Shown: positions 48,915-59,665 of the stretch, piece by piece
How positions within the stretch are numbered: position 1 is the stretch's first letter
Layout of the letters: each line of letters starts with the position of its first letter
Origin: an uncultured cyanobacterium
GTDB taxonomy: Bacteria; Cyanobacteriota; Cyanobacteriia; Cyanobacteriales; CAWCAG01
Reading direction: 5' to 3'
Assembly (NCBI GenBank): GCA_963793425.1
Contig: CAWCAG010000001.1
Span: 352,001-416,000, forward strand
DNA length: 64,000 nt
Translations under genes and position numbers: made by a program
Notes under the pieces: model-generated
Database searches by the model: none
What the model saw: the letters and a program-made list of their open reading frames with translations, nothing else
Told to the model about the DNA's origin: nothing

Positions 48915-50600
48915 GTGTCTTCATTTTCCTTGGCAAAATCATTATCCCCAAAAGCTTTTTTTCCCAAGGTTTTACAAGGCTGGACTGTCTTTGTGACTGG
49001 CATCGCTTTACTAATTGCCACCCCGATTATTTTTGTCTTAAGCAGTATATTCTCTGATGCCAGAGAAATCTGGACTCACTTAGCCACCACAGTTTTATCA
49101 GGTTATATTCTCAACTCCTTAAGCTTAATGTTAGGAGTAGGAGTAGGAGTTTTACTAATTGGGGTTAGCACGGCTTGGTTAGTGACAGCTTGTCGCTTTC
49201 CTGGTAGTAAAATATTTGAGTGGGCATTATTACTGCCTTTAGCCATACCTGCGTACCTGCTGGCTTATACCTATACAGAATTACTCGACTATTATGGCCC
49301 AGTGCAGACATGGTTGAGGAATGCTTTTGGTTGGCAAAGCATCCAAGAATATTGGTTTCCTCCAGTTCGTTCTTTGGGGGGAGCAATTATCATGTTGTTT
49401 TTGGTTTTATATCCCTACGTTTATTTAATTGCTAGAGTTGCCTTCCTAGAACAATCAGTCCGTACCTTAGAAGCTTCCCGTAGCCTGGGCAGAGGCCCTT
49501 GGCGTAGTTTTTTCACCGTCGCCTTACCCTTAGCTAGACCTGCTATTATGGGAGGATTAGCTTTAGCATTAATGGAAACATTAGGAGACTTCGGCACGGT
49601 AGATTACTTCGGTGTCACCACCTTCACCACCGGTATCTATCGTACCTGGTTAGGTATGGGTGAACCTGTCGCAGCCGCGCAATTAGCGGCTTTTTTAATG
49701 CTGTTTGTTCTCACCCTCATTGTTTCAGAAAGGTGGTTTCGTCGGCAGGCACGGTATTATGATTTGGGTCATGCTTATGAATCTGGCGATCCCTATCAAT
49801 TAAAAGGAATGCGTAGCCTGGTAGCGGGGTTAACTTGCTTGTTGCCTGTAACCCTCGGTTTTCTACTTCCGGCCGGGTTACTATTAAAAATGACCTGGGA
49901 AAACGCTGCCGAAACCCTTGATCAAGACTTTTGGCAATTAGCTTTTCATAGCTTCGTCCTCGCCACCCTGACTGCGGCAGTTGCTGTCATAGTTGCGTTG
50001 ATTATCGCCTATGGTCATAGACTTAACCGTAACTTAACCATGAACTCAGCAGTCCGCATTGCTTCTATGGGTTACGCTATTCCTGGATCTGTGATTGCGG
50101 TGGGGGTAGTTATTCCCTTAGCGCAGTTTGATAATTGGTTAGATAGCCGCATGGAAACTATCTTTGGCATCTCCACAGGCTTATTATTAACAGGGACAAT
50201 TATTGCTTTAATCTTTGCCTATTTAGTGCGTTTCCTCGCTGTTTCTTTCAACACCGTAGAATCGAGCTTAACCAAGATTAAACCCAGTTTAGACGATGCT
50301 GCCCGGAGTTTGGGTCATAGTCCTAGTAGCACTTTGGTTAAAGTTCATGCCCCATTAATGTTAGGGGGAATGTTAACAGCAGTGATGTTGGTGTTTGTGG
50401 ATGTGATGAAGGAGTTACCAGCAACTTTATTAATGCGTCCTTTTAATTTTGATACCCTAGCAGTGCAAGTATATCAATATGCTTCTGATGAAAGATTAAT
50501 AGAAGCATCTGCACCAGCTTTAGCTATTGTTTTAGTAGGAATTATTCCGGTAATTTTCTTAAGTATGAGAATTGCTAAATCTCGTAGTGGGTGGCAGTAA
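48915..50600 (+). CDS. futB: Fe3+ ABC transporter permease
   Basis: Two permease halves; METLGDFG, MKELPAT, YASDERL. Confidence 0.9.
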   Translation: MSSFSLAKSLSPKAFFPKVLQGWTVFVTGIALLIATPIIFVLSSIFSDAREIWTHLATTVLSGYILNSLSLMLGVGVGVLLIGVSTAWLVTACRFPGSKIFEWALLLPLAIPAYLLAYTYTELLDYYGPVQTWLRNAFGWQSIQEYWFPPVRSLGGAIIMLFLVLYPYVYLIARVAFLEQSVRTLEASRSLGRGPWRSFFTVALPLARPAIMGGLALALMETLGDFGTVDYFGVTTFTTGIYRTWLGMGEPVAAAQLAAFLMLFVLTLIVSERWFRRQARYYDLGHAYESGDPYQLKGMRSLVAGLTCLLPVTLGFLLPAGLLLKMTWENAAETLDQDFWQLAFHSFVLATLTAAVAVIVALIIAYGHRLNRNLTMNSAVRIASMGYAIPGSVIAVGVVIPLAQFDNWLDSRMETIFGISTGLLLTGTIIALIFAYLVRFLAVSFNTVESSLTKIKPSLDDAARSLGHSPSSTLVKVHAPLMLGGMLTAVMLVFVDVMKELPATLLMRPFNFDTLAVQVYQYASDERLIEASAPALAIVLVGIIPVIFLSMRIAKSRSGWQ

Positions 50601-50731
50601 GTAGTTATCCGTTAAGCTAAAAAAATGATTACAGATGAAAAAGTAAAAATTTTACTTTTGCAAACTCCTATAATTAATTAAGTTGGCTATCATAAAATAA
50701 ATTAAAACTTTTGTACTAACTACTTCTCCTG

Positions 50732-53700
50732 ATGGCTGACTACAAATGGAAAAGGTTTTGGTGTCCACGGGATGGCAAAATCAACTTAGGAGATGACGGT
50801 TATCTCTACGATCTAGATTCAGCCTCCTATAGGTATCACGAAAATGCTTATCTGGTTACTTTCCAAGAAATAGCTGATGTACCTTGTTTAGTTTTGTTAG
50901 GAGAACCAGGTATTGGTAAATCTAGAGTCTTAGACGAGGCGCATACTCAAACAACAAACTCATCTCTTCATTTTGAATTAGGAGAGTACGGTTCAGATAC
51001 AGAATTATGTAACGACATTTTCAAACATGAAGTAGTTCAAAATTGGCAAGAAGGAACCAACAAACTAGAACTTTTTATTGATAGTTTAGACGAAGGTCTT
51101 TTATCTATACCAGTATTAACAAGAATTTTAAAGCGAAAACTCGAAAACTTACCTTGTAGTCGCTTAAAGTTAAGAATCACTTGTAGAACGGCTGATTGGC
51201 CTAATTCTTTAGAAGAAAAACTTAAGGAACTATGGGGCAAGGATGAGGTAAAAGTCTATGAGTTAGCACCTTTGCGACGCATAGATGTTGTTGAAGCAGC
51301 TAACACAAATCAAATAGATGCAGATGCTTTCTTGCAAGAGATATACGCAAAGAATGCCGTACCCTTAGCCTTCAAACCAATTACTCTAAAGTTTTTGCTT
51401 GATCTTTGTAAACAAGGGCAACAACTTCCGTCAACTCAGAAGGAATTATACGAAAAAGGTTGTCTTTGGCTTTGTGAAGAACATAACCGTGATCGCCTAG
51501 AGGCTGGTCACAAGGGTAAGTTTAAGGCAGAAGAAAGAATACGAATAGCTGGTAGAATTGCTGCTGTAACTTTGTTTGCTAGAAAAGCTGCTGTTCGTAC
51601 AAATATAGATGATGTTGGAGAAAGTAGTATACAAGTCCGTGAGTTGTATGGTAAAGAAAAATTCACTGATTCTGAACTATTAATTACTGAAGAAGCTATA
51701 GAAGAAGTTTTTTCTATTACTCAGCTATTTCGTAGTGCAAACGGGATGGCTTTTGTTCACCAAACATACAGTGAATTTTTAGCAGCTTGGTATTTAAATG
51801 AGCATAACGTACCTTTAACACAACTCAAAAGCTTGTTTTTCTCCCCAGGAGATTCTGAAAATAAGCTAATTCCTCAACTTCATGAAACTGCTGCTTGGTT
51901 AGCAAGTATGAAGCGTGACTTTTTAGAAGAAGTAATGAAATCAGATCCGGATGTTCTTTTAAAAAGTGACGTTACTACAGAAGATAGTGTTCGAGAAGCT
52001 ATTGTAGAAAATTTGTTATGCTTACTCGAAGATAAAAAACTATTTAATAAAGACTTAAATTATAGAAAATATGAAAGATTAAAACATGGACAACTAGCAT
52101 CTCAACTACGTCCTTATGTCAAAGATTATAGGGAAAATAATAATGTCAGGTACGAAGCTATTTGTATTGCTGAGATTTGTAAGCTACAAGAACTTCAAGA
52201 AGATTTAGTAAATTTAGTATTAAATTCATCAGAACCAATATATCTTCGCTCTAATGCAGCTTGTGCATTAAGCTCAATTGGAGATAGAGAAACCAAAATG
52301 AAGTTGAAAGGTTTAGCTTTTAACGAACTCGAAGAAGATGAACATGAGAGCATAAAGGGCTGGTGCTGGTCAGCAATTTGGCCAGACACAATCACCGCAG
52401 CAGAGCTTTTTGAAAATTTATCTGTACCGAAAATAAATCATAACTATCCCAGCATATACGAAGTATTCCTTGAGCGTAAGTTAGCAGAACATCTCCAAAA
52501 AGATGACATTTTGTTGGCGCTTAATTGGCTAGAGGAGGAAGGTTTTCATCATAAATTTAGAGGGGCAGCAAGTTCAATAATCATAAAAGCTTGGGAATAT
52601 TTGAATGAGCTAGGTGTATTGACTAGTTTTGCAAAAATAGCAGCCAAAAGATGGCAAGAAAGTCGGGATATTGTAATAGGAAGGTATGAAAATCAGCTTA
52701 GGAACTTAATTTTTAAAGATGCGCCAAAACGTCGTTCTTTGATTGAAAAAGTAGTCAAGTTTATAGCTCAAGAAAATGAATATTCAAAGCATAAAGTATC
52801 TTATTTGAAGACGAAAATAACTTTAGAAACAGATGAAATTATTAATATTACTGAGTCTAATGAAATTTTCAAGGAGAGATTTTCTAATTATTTGGGTTCA
52901 GTTGATATTGATTCTGAATCTGCTAAGAAGCAAAAAGCATCATACGAAGAAATGCTAAGCAAGTCTGGCTATGAAGATAATATTAATTTCCTTAAGTTGC
53001 CTTCTCAAGAAAAGATTAGGTTACTGTTGAATAAAATAGAGTCAGGTGAAATTTTGTTATGGCGTAGCCTTATCGAAGAAATAAATAATAAGGAAGATGG
53101 TCAGCTAGAAAACTTATCACAACAAGTAGATATAACCTCTTTTCCAAACGGACAAAAAATAGACGATATTACTCAAAAAAGAATTGTACAAGCTGCAAAG
53201 AAATTTACATCACGTTTCAGTCCAAGTCTTTGGAGATTCTACAATTATTTGCTAAATGTCGAAGTTTTGTTATGTTTTTTGAAAAAGCTTAGCAAGAATA
53301 TTAAAACTAGTTATTACTTAATTAGAGAAATAAACAAACTCCTTAGTGTTGATTTAACTTCTTATCGTTATAAAATATATTTATTAGAGCAATTAGACTA
53401 CACAACTATAAAACTAATTCTTAGAGAAGAGTCAAGTATTGTCAAACAACGAACTAGAAAGATATGGCGTAAATGGGAATCAGCTTTTTCATCTTGCTTG
53501 CCGAATCAAAGTGATAATTGCGAAATAGATACAAAGCAAATTAACTTAGAATTAGAGGATATCAATAATCGCATCTTTGAAACATTAGATTTTAAAACTG
53601 CACAACATATATCTGCAAGCAGCTACAGATTTATAATTAATAAGATTGACTCTATTTGGAATGACAATATAGCAGACTTACTTCTTTCTCTAGCAGCTTA

Positions 53701-54913
53701 TCAAGATACTAAACCTGAAATTGTAGAGCAATTGCTGACAAAATTGCTAAGACACGAGTTTAGCAAAGCTGAAGATTTTGCCAAGTCATTAATAAAAGAT
53801 GAATATGATATTAATAGTCAAGACTATCAAAAGTCTATTATTGCTGCTAAGGAGTTGATTAAACGTACAAAAGATGGATGGTCATTGATTCGTCCTAAGA
53901 TAGAGAAAAATATTAATTGGGGAAGAGAAGTCATTGGAAAAGTTGCCATATTTGAAGGTTTTTCGGCTAATTTGAAGTTGAATGAAGTACAACTAGCAGA
54001 TTTTTATATTTGGCTTGTTCATCAATATCCTCATCATGAAGATCCTGGATATAAAAAAGTTGATACCGAATGTAGCTCAAGAGCAACTAAAGTACTAAGA
54101 GATAGCATTTTAGAACAACTTAAGCAATACGGTACATATAAAGCCTGCAAACAAATTCAACGAATTTCCCAAGAATTGCCTCAAATGAAAGGGTTTTACA
54201 AAGTTCATTTAACAGCCCAAGAAATAACCCGCCGCAAAAGTTGGAAACCTCTTCAACTTTCTGAAATACTCAAGCTTATCAGCGACTCAAATAAACGCAT
54301 TATTCAAGACGGCAATCAATTACTTGATGTATTAATTGAATCATTAGAAAACTTACAAACAAACCTCAAAGGAGAAACGCCTATGGCAAAATTCCTCTGG
54401 AATGAAGTTGACAAAAAAGTCTATAAACCAAAAGATGAAAATGATTTATCTGACTACATCAAAAATCACCTTGACAAAGACTTTAGTTTGCAACATCAAG
54501 GTATTTTTATTAATAGAGAAGTAGAAATAAGAAGAGGGGGTACGGGAGGATTACCTGGAGAACGAACAGACCTTCATGTTGATGCTATTATACGAGATCT
54601 TGATGGAAATATTACCGACCAAATAACAGTTATTATCGAAGTAAAAGGATGTTGGCATCCAGATTTAAACGATGCAATGAAAGATCAGCTCGTTAATCGC
54701 TATCTCAAAGACAACACTTGTCAGCATGGTTTATATTTAGTTGGTTGGTTTAATTGTCAGCAATGGGATAAAGACGATTATAGAAAACGACAAGCCCCCA
54801 AAATTCCTGTTGAACAAGCAAAAACAGAATTTAACGAACAAGCAGAAGGACTATCATCATCTAATACGGGTATGCAAATCAAAGCTTTTGTTCTCGATAC
54901 GGCACTTCACTAA
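50732..54913 (+). CDS. NACHT/STAND NTPase with helical repeats and a C-terminal PD-(D/E)XK nuclease-like domain
   Basis: GEPGIGKS, FIDSLDE, ITCR, FVHQTYSEFLAA; C-terminal ENDLSD ... NREVE ... RTDL ... IIEVKG. Confidence 0.85.
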   Translation: MADYKWKRFWCPRDGKINLGDDGYLYDLDSASYRYHENAYLVTFQEIADVPCLVLLGEPGIGKSRVLDEAHTQTTNSSLHFELGEYGSDTELCNDIFKHEVVQNWQEGTNKLELFIDSLDEGLLSIPVLTRILKRKLENLPCSRLKLRITCRTADWPNSLEEKLKELWGKDEVKVYELAPLRRIDVVEAANTNQIDADAFLQEIYAKNAVPLAFKPITLKFLLDLCKQGQQLPSTQKELYEKGCLWLCEEHNRDRLEAGHKGKFKAEERIRIAGRIAAVTLFARKAAVRTNIDDVGESSIQVRELYGKEKFTDSELLITEEAIEEVFSITQLFRSANGMAFVHQTYSEFLAAWYLNEHNVPLTQLKSLFFSPGDSENKLIPQLHETAAWLASMKRDFLEEVMKSDPDVLLKSDVTTEDSVREAIVENLLCLLEDKKLFNKDLNYRKYERLKHGQLASQLRPYVKDYRENNNVRYEAICIAEICKLQELQEDLVNLVLNSSEPIYLRSNAACALSSIGDRETKMKLKGLAFNELEEDEHESIKGWCWSAIWPDTITAAELFENLSVPKINHNYPSIYEVFLERKLAEHLQKDDILLALNWLEEEGFHHKFRGAASSIIIKAWEYLNELGVLTSFAKIAAKRWQESRDIVIGRYENQLRNLIFKDAPKRRSLIEKVVKFIAQENEYSKHKVSYLKTKITLETDEIINITESNEIFKERFSNYLGSVDIDSESAKKQKASYEEMLSKSGYEDNINFLKLPSQEKIRLLLNKIESGEILLWRSLIEEINNKEDGQLENLSQQVDITSFPNGQKIDDITQKRIVQAAKKFTSRFSPSLWRFYNYLLNVEVLLCFLKKLSKNIKTSYYLIREINKLLSVDLTSYRYKIYLLEQLDYTTIKLILREESSIVKQRTRKIWRKWESAFSSCLPNQSDNCEIDTKQINLELEDINNRIFETLDFKTAQHISASSYRFIINKIDSIWNDNIADLLLSLAAYQDTKPEIVEQLLTKLLRHEFSKAEDFAKSLIKDEYDINSQDYQKSIIAAKELIKRTKDGWSLIRPKIEKNINWGREVIGKVAIFEGFSANLKLNEVQLADFYIWLVHQYPHHEDPGYKKVDTECSSRATKVLRDSILEQLKQYGTYKACKQIQRISQELPQMKGFYKVHLTAQEITRRKSWKPLQLSEILKLISDSNKRIIQDGNQLLDVLIESLENLQTNLKGETPMAKFLWNEVDKKVYKPKDENDLSDYIKNHLDKDFSLQHQGIFINREVEIRRGGTGGLPGERTDLHVDAIIRDLDGNITDQITVIIEVKGCWHPDLNDAMKDQLVNRYLKDNTCQHGLYLVGWFNCQQWDKDDYRKRQAPKIPVEQAKTEFNEQAEGLSSSNTGMQIKAFVLDTALH

Positions 54914-55012
54914 AAGCTTCACAATAACAATTCTAGAAATTACTGCTACAAAGTTAGCAATAAGGCGATCGCATTTCCTCAACAAAACTCTGTAGCCTTT
55001 AAATTTGAATAT

Positions 55013-57085
55013 TTACAATACCTCTTTCCGTTCCAAATGAACCATAATTTCTTTGCGATCGCGCCACGCTTTTCTTAACTCTCCCCGTAGGTACAAAGGA
55101 AGTTGATCTCCTAAGTGAGGTGAATTAGGTTGAGTGGCATTGCCATAGGTGTTAAGTACCTTCGCTTTCACCTCATCACCAAACTCAATAGCAGCAATGT
55201 AGGAGTCGCCCCCAAAGGTACGAAAGCCCTTTTCTGGCATAGGTACAGTATACAGGACTCGGAAGCTGCCTAAAATCCCCAAAGCCCCCGATGCAGGTAA
55301 ATTGTATTTATCGTAGGTTAAGCGTACAACTTCTCCCCAAGGTACATCTACCGAACCATAAAGAAACTTCATTGTATCGGCAACAATTTCTAAGGTTTGC
55401 ACAGCTTGTTGCAAGTCTGCTAAACCTTTCGGAGTGGTTAAAGGGGCGCTTGCTTGCCAGGGTGTAGCGAAGAAGTTGCCCTGTTGTATAGCCACAGCCC
55501 ACAAACTGAATAATACAGCCCCACGACTATCTGCTTGTACCTGCCTATCCCAAGCTGCCAAAACCTCTGCGGCTTCTTGTCCCAATTCGTTACCTAATTC
55601 CCTCGCCGCGGGAATTAATTCATCCAGAAGGCGGTCAGCTAATTCTAAGCGAGAAGAAAACTTGAGGGCGACGAGTTCCTCAAAACTCATGCTAGTATTT
55701 TCTTGCAACATCCGAATAGAACGTTGGGTACGAAAAATTTCTCCGGCTTGACCTAATGAAGGAGGTGCTAAATAGGCGGGATAATTTTCTGGGTTTAAGA
55801 GTTGGGGAAAAGTGGCTAACCAGGGCGGATCATTAGTATTTTGTAACCAACCACTAGGAGGATTAACTAAGCGGGGCAAGTCTTCGTAGGGATGGTACTT
55901 TGTCCACAGGGTTGCAGCCGTATCTCCAGGTATTGTCTTGCTCCAGTAACGCCAGTCTCCTTGTTCTCTTTGTGGGACTTGGGCATTAAATAAATAAAAG
56001 ATTTCTCCGGCTTTGTCAGCGTAGAGGATATTAAACAAAGGCAATTGCAAAGATTGAAGTGCTGCTTCAAACTGTTGCAGATTTTGGGCTTTGGCCATCG
56101 CCCAAAACTGATCTAAAATGTAGGGGCGATCTAAACCGACAACCCTTAAAGCTTGGGCTTTGTTGTTTTGTTGGGCAACAACGGGGCCGTGAAGAGAATT
56201 AAGAATGGTTAATTCTTCTGATTCAAAGCTACCATCCTCTTGCTTGATTTTAATAGTTTGACTTTCTTTCGTAAAGGGCTGCACTTCCCCATCCCAGACA
56301 TAACCTCCTTCAGCTAAAGTCAAATCATAAACATCTGCCCCATCAAAAGTATTAACCGTTGTTGTCCAACCTAAATGATCATTAAAAGCGATCGCTAAAC
56401 CCGGCATTCCCACCAAAGCAACTCCATAAGCATCTAAATCCGCTGCAACCAAATGTGCTTCATACCAAAGATAAAAATCTGACCAAGGTAAGTGGGGATT
56501 AGCCAACAACATGGCATTACCGTTATTGGTGTGGGAAGGTGCGATCGCCCAACCATTGGAACCTAAAGCCGCAACTTCCTGGGGATTGGTAACAAAGTGG
56601 AAATTGACAACCCTTTGGATATGGGCCAGAATATCAACACTATTAATAGGCAGGACTTGTTTAAATTCTGTTGTGATCGCCTCTGGATATTCTTGGCAAT
56701 ATTCATTAATCCCAGCCGCAAAAGCTTTAAGGTTGCGTTGCATTTGCGGCGTTTGTTGTTCATACCATTGTTGCGCCCTAGCAGGAATGCCAACAGTCCT
56801 CACATAACGGTCTGAATCGAGGTAATCCTCCCCCCAATATTGCGCCCCTTTCCCCCTGGCTTGCCCATATAAGCGCAGAATCAAATCACCATGGCTAGTA
56901 GCTTGGGCGCGACCAAAAGCTTGGAACAAGCCCTCACTATCCTGGCTATAAATATGGGGTACACCCCAAGTATCCCAGAGAATTTCTGTTTGGTTCATGC
57001 TGAGTAGAGGAAGTTTAATTCCCAGGAAAATAACGAAAGTAAAGCTCAACACTAGTAAGAAAATTTGAGTCAGTTTACTTTTCAT
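55013..57085 (-). CDS. Ntn-hydrolase acylase (penicillin/AHL acylase, peptidase S45)
   Basis: WDTWGVPHI, GSNGWAI, LLANPHL. Confidence 0.9.
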   Translation of the reverse strand: MKSKLTQIFLLVLSFTFVIFLGIKLPLLSMNQTEILWDTWGVPHIYSQDSEGLFQAFGRAQATSHGDLILRLYGQARGKGAQYWGEDYLDSDRYVRTVGIPARAQQWYEQQTPQMQRNLKAFAAGINEYCQEYPEAITTEFKQVLPINSVDILAHIQRVVNFHFVTNPQEVAALGSNGWAIAPSHTNNGNAMLLANPHLPWSDFYLWYEAHLVAADLDAYGVALVGMPGLAIAFNDHLGWTTTVNTFDGADVYDLTLAEGGYVWDGEVQPFTKESQTIKIKQEDGSFESEELTILNSLHGPVVAQQNNKAQALRVVGLDRPYILDQFWAMAKAQNLQQFEAALQSLQLPLFNILYADKAGEIFYLFNAQVPQREQGDWRYWSKTIPGDTAATLWTKYHPYEDLPRLVNPPSGWLQNTNDPPWLATFPQLLNPENYPAYLAPPSLGQAGEIFRTQRSIRMLQENTSMSFEELVALKFSSRLELADRLLDELIPAARELGNELGQEAAEVLAAWDRQVQADSRGAVLFSLWAVAIQQGNFFATPWQASAPLTTPKGLADLQQAVQTLEIVADTMKFLYGSVDVPWGEVVRLTYDKYNLPASGALGILGSFRVLYTVPMPEKGFRTFGGDSYIAAIEFGDEVKAKVLNTYGNATQPNSPHLGDQLPLYLRGELRKAWRDRKEIMVHLERKEVL

Positions 57086-57161
57086 ACCAAATCTGATTAT
57101 TCTATCTTCTCTGGAAAACTAAACATAATTACTAGCGTGACCTAGCTGAAATTGTGTATTC

Positions 57162-57219
57162 GGGCGGGTTTATTTAGTTTAAGGTTAATCTCATAATTTG
57201 ACTTAAAACCCGCCCCTAC
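57162..57219 (-). repeat. REP-like GTAG hairpin
   Basis: Minus strand GTAGGGGCGGGTTT ... AAACCCGCCC. Confidence 0.65.
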
Positions 57220-57228
57220 TAGGCAATT

Positions 57229-58380
57229 TTACTCTTCTAGCAAAGAAAGATTCGCACCCTGATAATAATGGCTTAAAATTTGCTCGTATGGAACTCCTTG
57301 TTGAGCTAAATTTCTTGCTCCCCATTGGCTAAGCCCGACACCATGACCAAAACCTCGCCCGGAAACTTGGAAGCCATCCCCAGTAACAGAAATGCTAAAT
57401 AGGGTGCTGCGTAAATCTAAAACCTTGCGTAATTGCGCTCCGCTAACTTCTTTTGTGCCGCTGCTACCTACCGCTTTCATGGTGACGATGCGTCCTTGGG
57501 GAGTAACTTTAACCGGAGTGATGGAACTGATTGTTCCTACCCCACCAACAAGTTGACTCATTTGTCCCCGACTAAAATTCTTTGTCCATTGGTAAACAGG
57601 GGCATCATTATCATAATCCACCACTCCCCGCAGATAAGGTAAAGGATTTGACCAAATATCTTCAACATTCTCCGTATGCCCCCCAGAAGAAGCATGGAAA
57701 ACAGCTAAAATGGGTTCCCCATTATAAGTGAGGACTTGGTTTCTCGTCGCATCAACAGCTTGTACAGTGGTGTTAGTCTCGCTATTCAAACCCTTATAAA
57801 CTTGAGTTGCTGTGGTAGTGTCCAAATCGTAGAGACTGCTATTAGATTTAGCACTTTTATGAAGGGCATAGGTACGGGCAGACACAGCTTGAGATTTTAA
57901 AGCTTCTTGGGGCCAACTGGCATACATTTCTGCCCCAACCACACTATAAAGATAATCTTCAATATCAACATGGTTGATGACTGTAAGTCCTTTACCGTTG
58001 GGTACTAATTGAGTGTCGCCACGATACCAGCGATCACCAATCCACACAGTACCATCTCCGGTTGGTTCAATCCAAATCTGCCCAGCTTGATATCCTTCTA
58101 ACTGAACTCCATTACCCCCAGAAACAGCCGTAACAGAGTTCATTGGGCCAATCTGACCAATTTGCTGTCCAGCCTCATTCTTAATCACAGCAGAGGTGGA
58201 ACTACCAACATTTAACTGATTAACTCCATCCTTAATTGCTACTCGCAATTCAAAGGCAGCTTGGGCTGGCCCCACCAAAACAATCCAAATTAAAAATGAT
58301 AGCCACCAATGACGGCTTCCTAAAAGGAGTAATTGCTTGAGTAAAGAAGTAAAAGAAACGGAAGAACCTTGGGATGTCAT
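57229..58380 (-). CDS. SpoIID/LytB domain protein
   Basis: YLYSVVGAEM, ALKSQAVSARTY, GRGFGHGVGLSQWGA. Confidence 0.93.
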   Translation of the reverse strand: MTSQGSSVSFTSLLKQLLLLGSRHWWLSFLIWIVLVGPAQAAFELRVAIKDGVNQLNVGSSTSAVIKNEAGQQIGQIGPMNSVTAVSGGNGVQLEGYQAGQIWIEPTGDGTVWIGDRWYRGDTQLVPNGKGLTVINHVDIEDYLYSVVGAEMYASWPQEALKSQAVSARTYALHKSAKSNSSLYDLDTTTATQVYKGLNSETNTTVQAVDATRNQVLTYNGEPILAVFHASSGGHTENVEDIWSNPLPYLRGVVDYDNDAPVYQWTKNFSRGQMSQLVGGVGTISSITPVKVTPQGRIVTMKAVGSSGTKEVSGAQLRKVLDLRSTLFSISVTGDGFQVSGRGFGHGVGLSQWGARNLAQQGVPYEQILSHYYQGANLSLLEE

Positions 58381-58709
58381 TATCTTGAATATCTCCTTGA
58401 GAGGATTTGATGTTTAATTTCGCTTAGTTAATGGTTTAATCTGGAAAAAGTTATCTCAATGATACTTTTTTCTTTGTGAAGTGAATATTCCAAATTAATG
58501 GTTGATTCGTCATGTATCCTGAGTCAGAGTTTTCTGACAATTCCTAAATAATGTCAAGAATTTCACCGATGCTAAAAGATGTAGATAGCTTTCAGAAAGA
58601 TAGTGTTCCCCAACCTCAGAGAAAAGTCAAGGGTATATTTCAGCCCTTGATTAGCTTTTTAAAGATAATAGAATTAAATTAAAGATTCAATTAAGTTTTT
58701 GATAATACT

Positions 58710-59648
58710 GTGGAAATCACCTTCTTGGGAACTAGCTCAGGAGTACCGACGCGATCGCGCAATGTTTCTAGCGTAGCAGTGCGCCTTCCCCAAAGAGCAG
58801 AAGTTTGGTTATTTGATTGTGGAGAAGGAACTCAACATCAGCTACTTAAAAGCGATCTCAAGACATCCCAAATTCGCCGCATTTTTGTCACTCATATGCA
58901 CGGGGATCATATTTTTGGTTTGATGGGGTTAATTGCTAGTTGCGGTTTAGCCGGAAATGCTCAACCGATTGATGTTTATGGTCCGGCTGGCTTAAAAGAA
59001 TATATTTTGGGTTGCTCCAAATACTCTTATACAGACTTTTCTCGGCGGGTTAAGGTTCATCAGGTACAACCCGGAATAGTTTTTGAAGATCAAGAATTTA
59101 CCATAAGCTGTCTCAAACTCAAGCATAGAGTTCCCGCCTATGGCTATCGCTTAACAGAAAAAGATAGGCCGGGAAGATTTAACCTCAAAAAAGCTCAGGA
59201 ATTAGGCATTCCCCCCGGCCCAATTTATGGTCAACTGAAAAAAGGTCAAACTGTTACTTTAGAAGATGGACGGGAAATTAAAGGAAGCCAGTTGTGCGAT
59301 CCCCCGGAAACTGGCCGCAAAGTGGTTTATTGTACCGACACGGTTTTTTGCGAAGCTGCTATAGAATTAGCCCAAGATGCTGATGTTTTGATCCACGAAG
59401 CAACTTTCGCTCACCAAGATGCCCCCTTAGCTTTTGAAAGAATGCACTCAACCTCGACAATGGCGGCTCAGGTGGCTTTAACTGCGGGAGTACAACAATT
59501 ACTTATGACCCATTTTAGCCCTCGCTATGCCCCAGGAAACGCTGTTGATTTAAAAGATCTGCGCCAAGAAGCCCAAGCAATTTTTCCTAAAACCAAATTA
59601 GCTTACGATTTCTTTTCCTACGAAGTTCCCAGAAGAAGGAAGGCATGA
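58710..59648 (+). CDS. rnz: Ribonuclease Z
   Basis: FLGTSSGVP, DCGEGTQ, THMHGDH, HEATF, HFSPRY. Confidence 0.96.
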   Translation: MEITFLGTSSGVPTRSRNVSSVAVRLPQRAEVWLFDCGEGTQHQLLKSDLKTSQIRRIFVTHMHGDHIFGLMGLIASCGLAGNAQPIDVYGPAGLKEYILGCSKYSYTDFSRRVKVHQVQPGIVFEDQEFTISCLKLKHRVPAYGYRLTEKDRPGRFNLKKAQELGIPPGPIYGQLKKGQTVTLEDGREIKGSQLCDPPETGRKVVYCTDTVFCEAAIELAQDADVLIHEATFAHQDAPLAFERMHSTSTMAAQVALTAGVQQLLMTHFSPRYAPGNAVDLKDLRQEAQAIFPKTKLAYDFFSYEVPRRRKA

Positions 59649-59665
59649 GAATCATACCATTTACC

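Noticed and set aside
1849..57642. Many 60-175 aa antisense or alternate-frame ORFs (e.g. 18230-18757, 41068-41580, 34944-35309)
   Set aside because: Shadows of well-supported genes with no motifs of their own.
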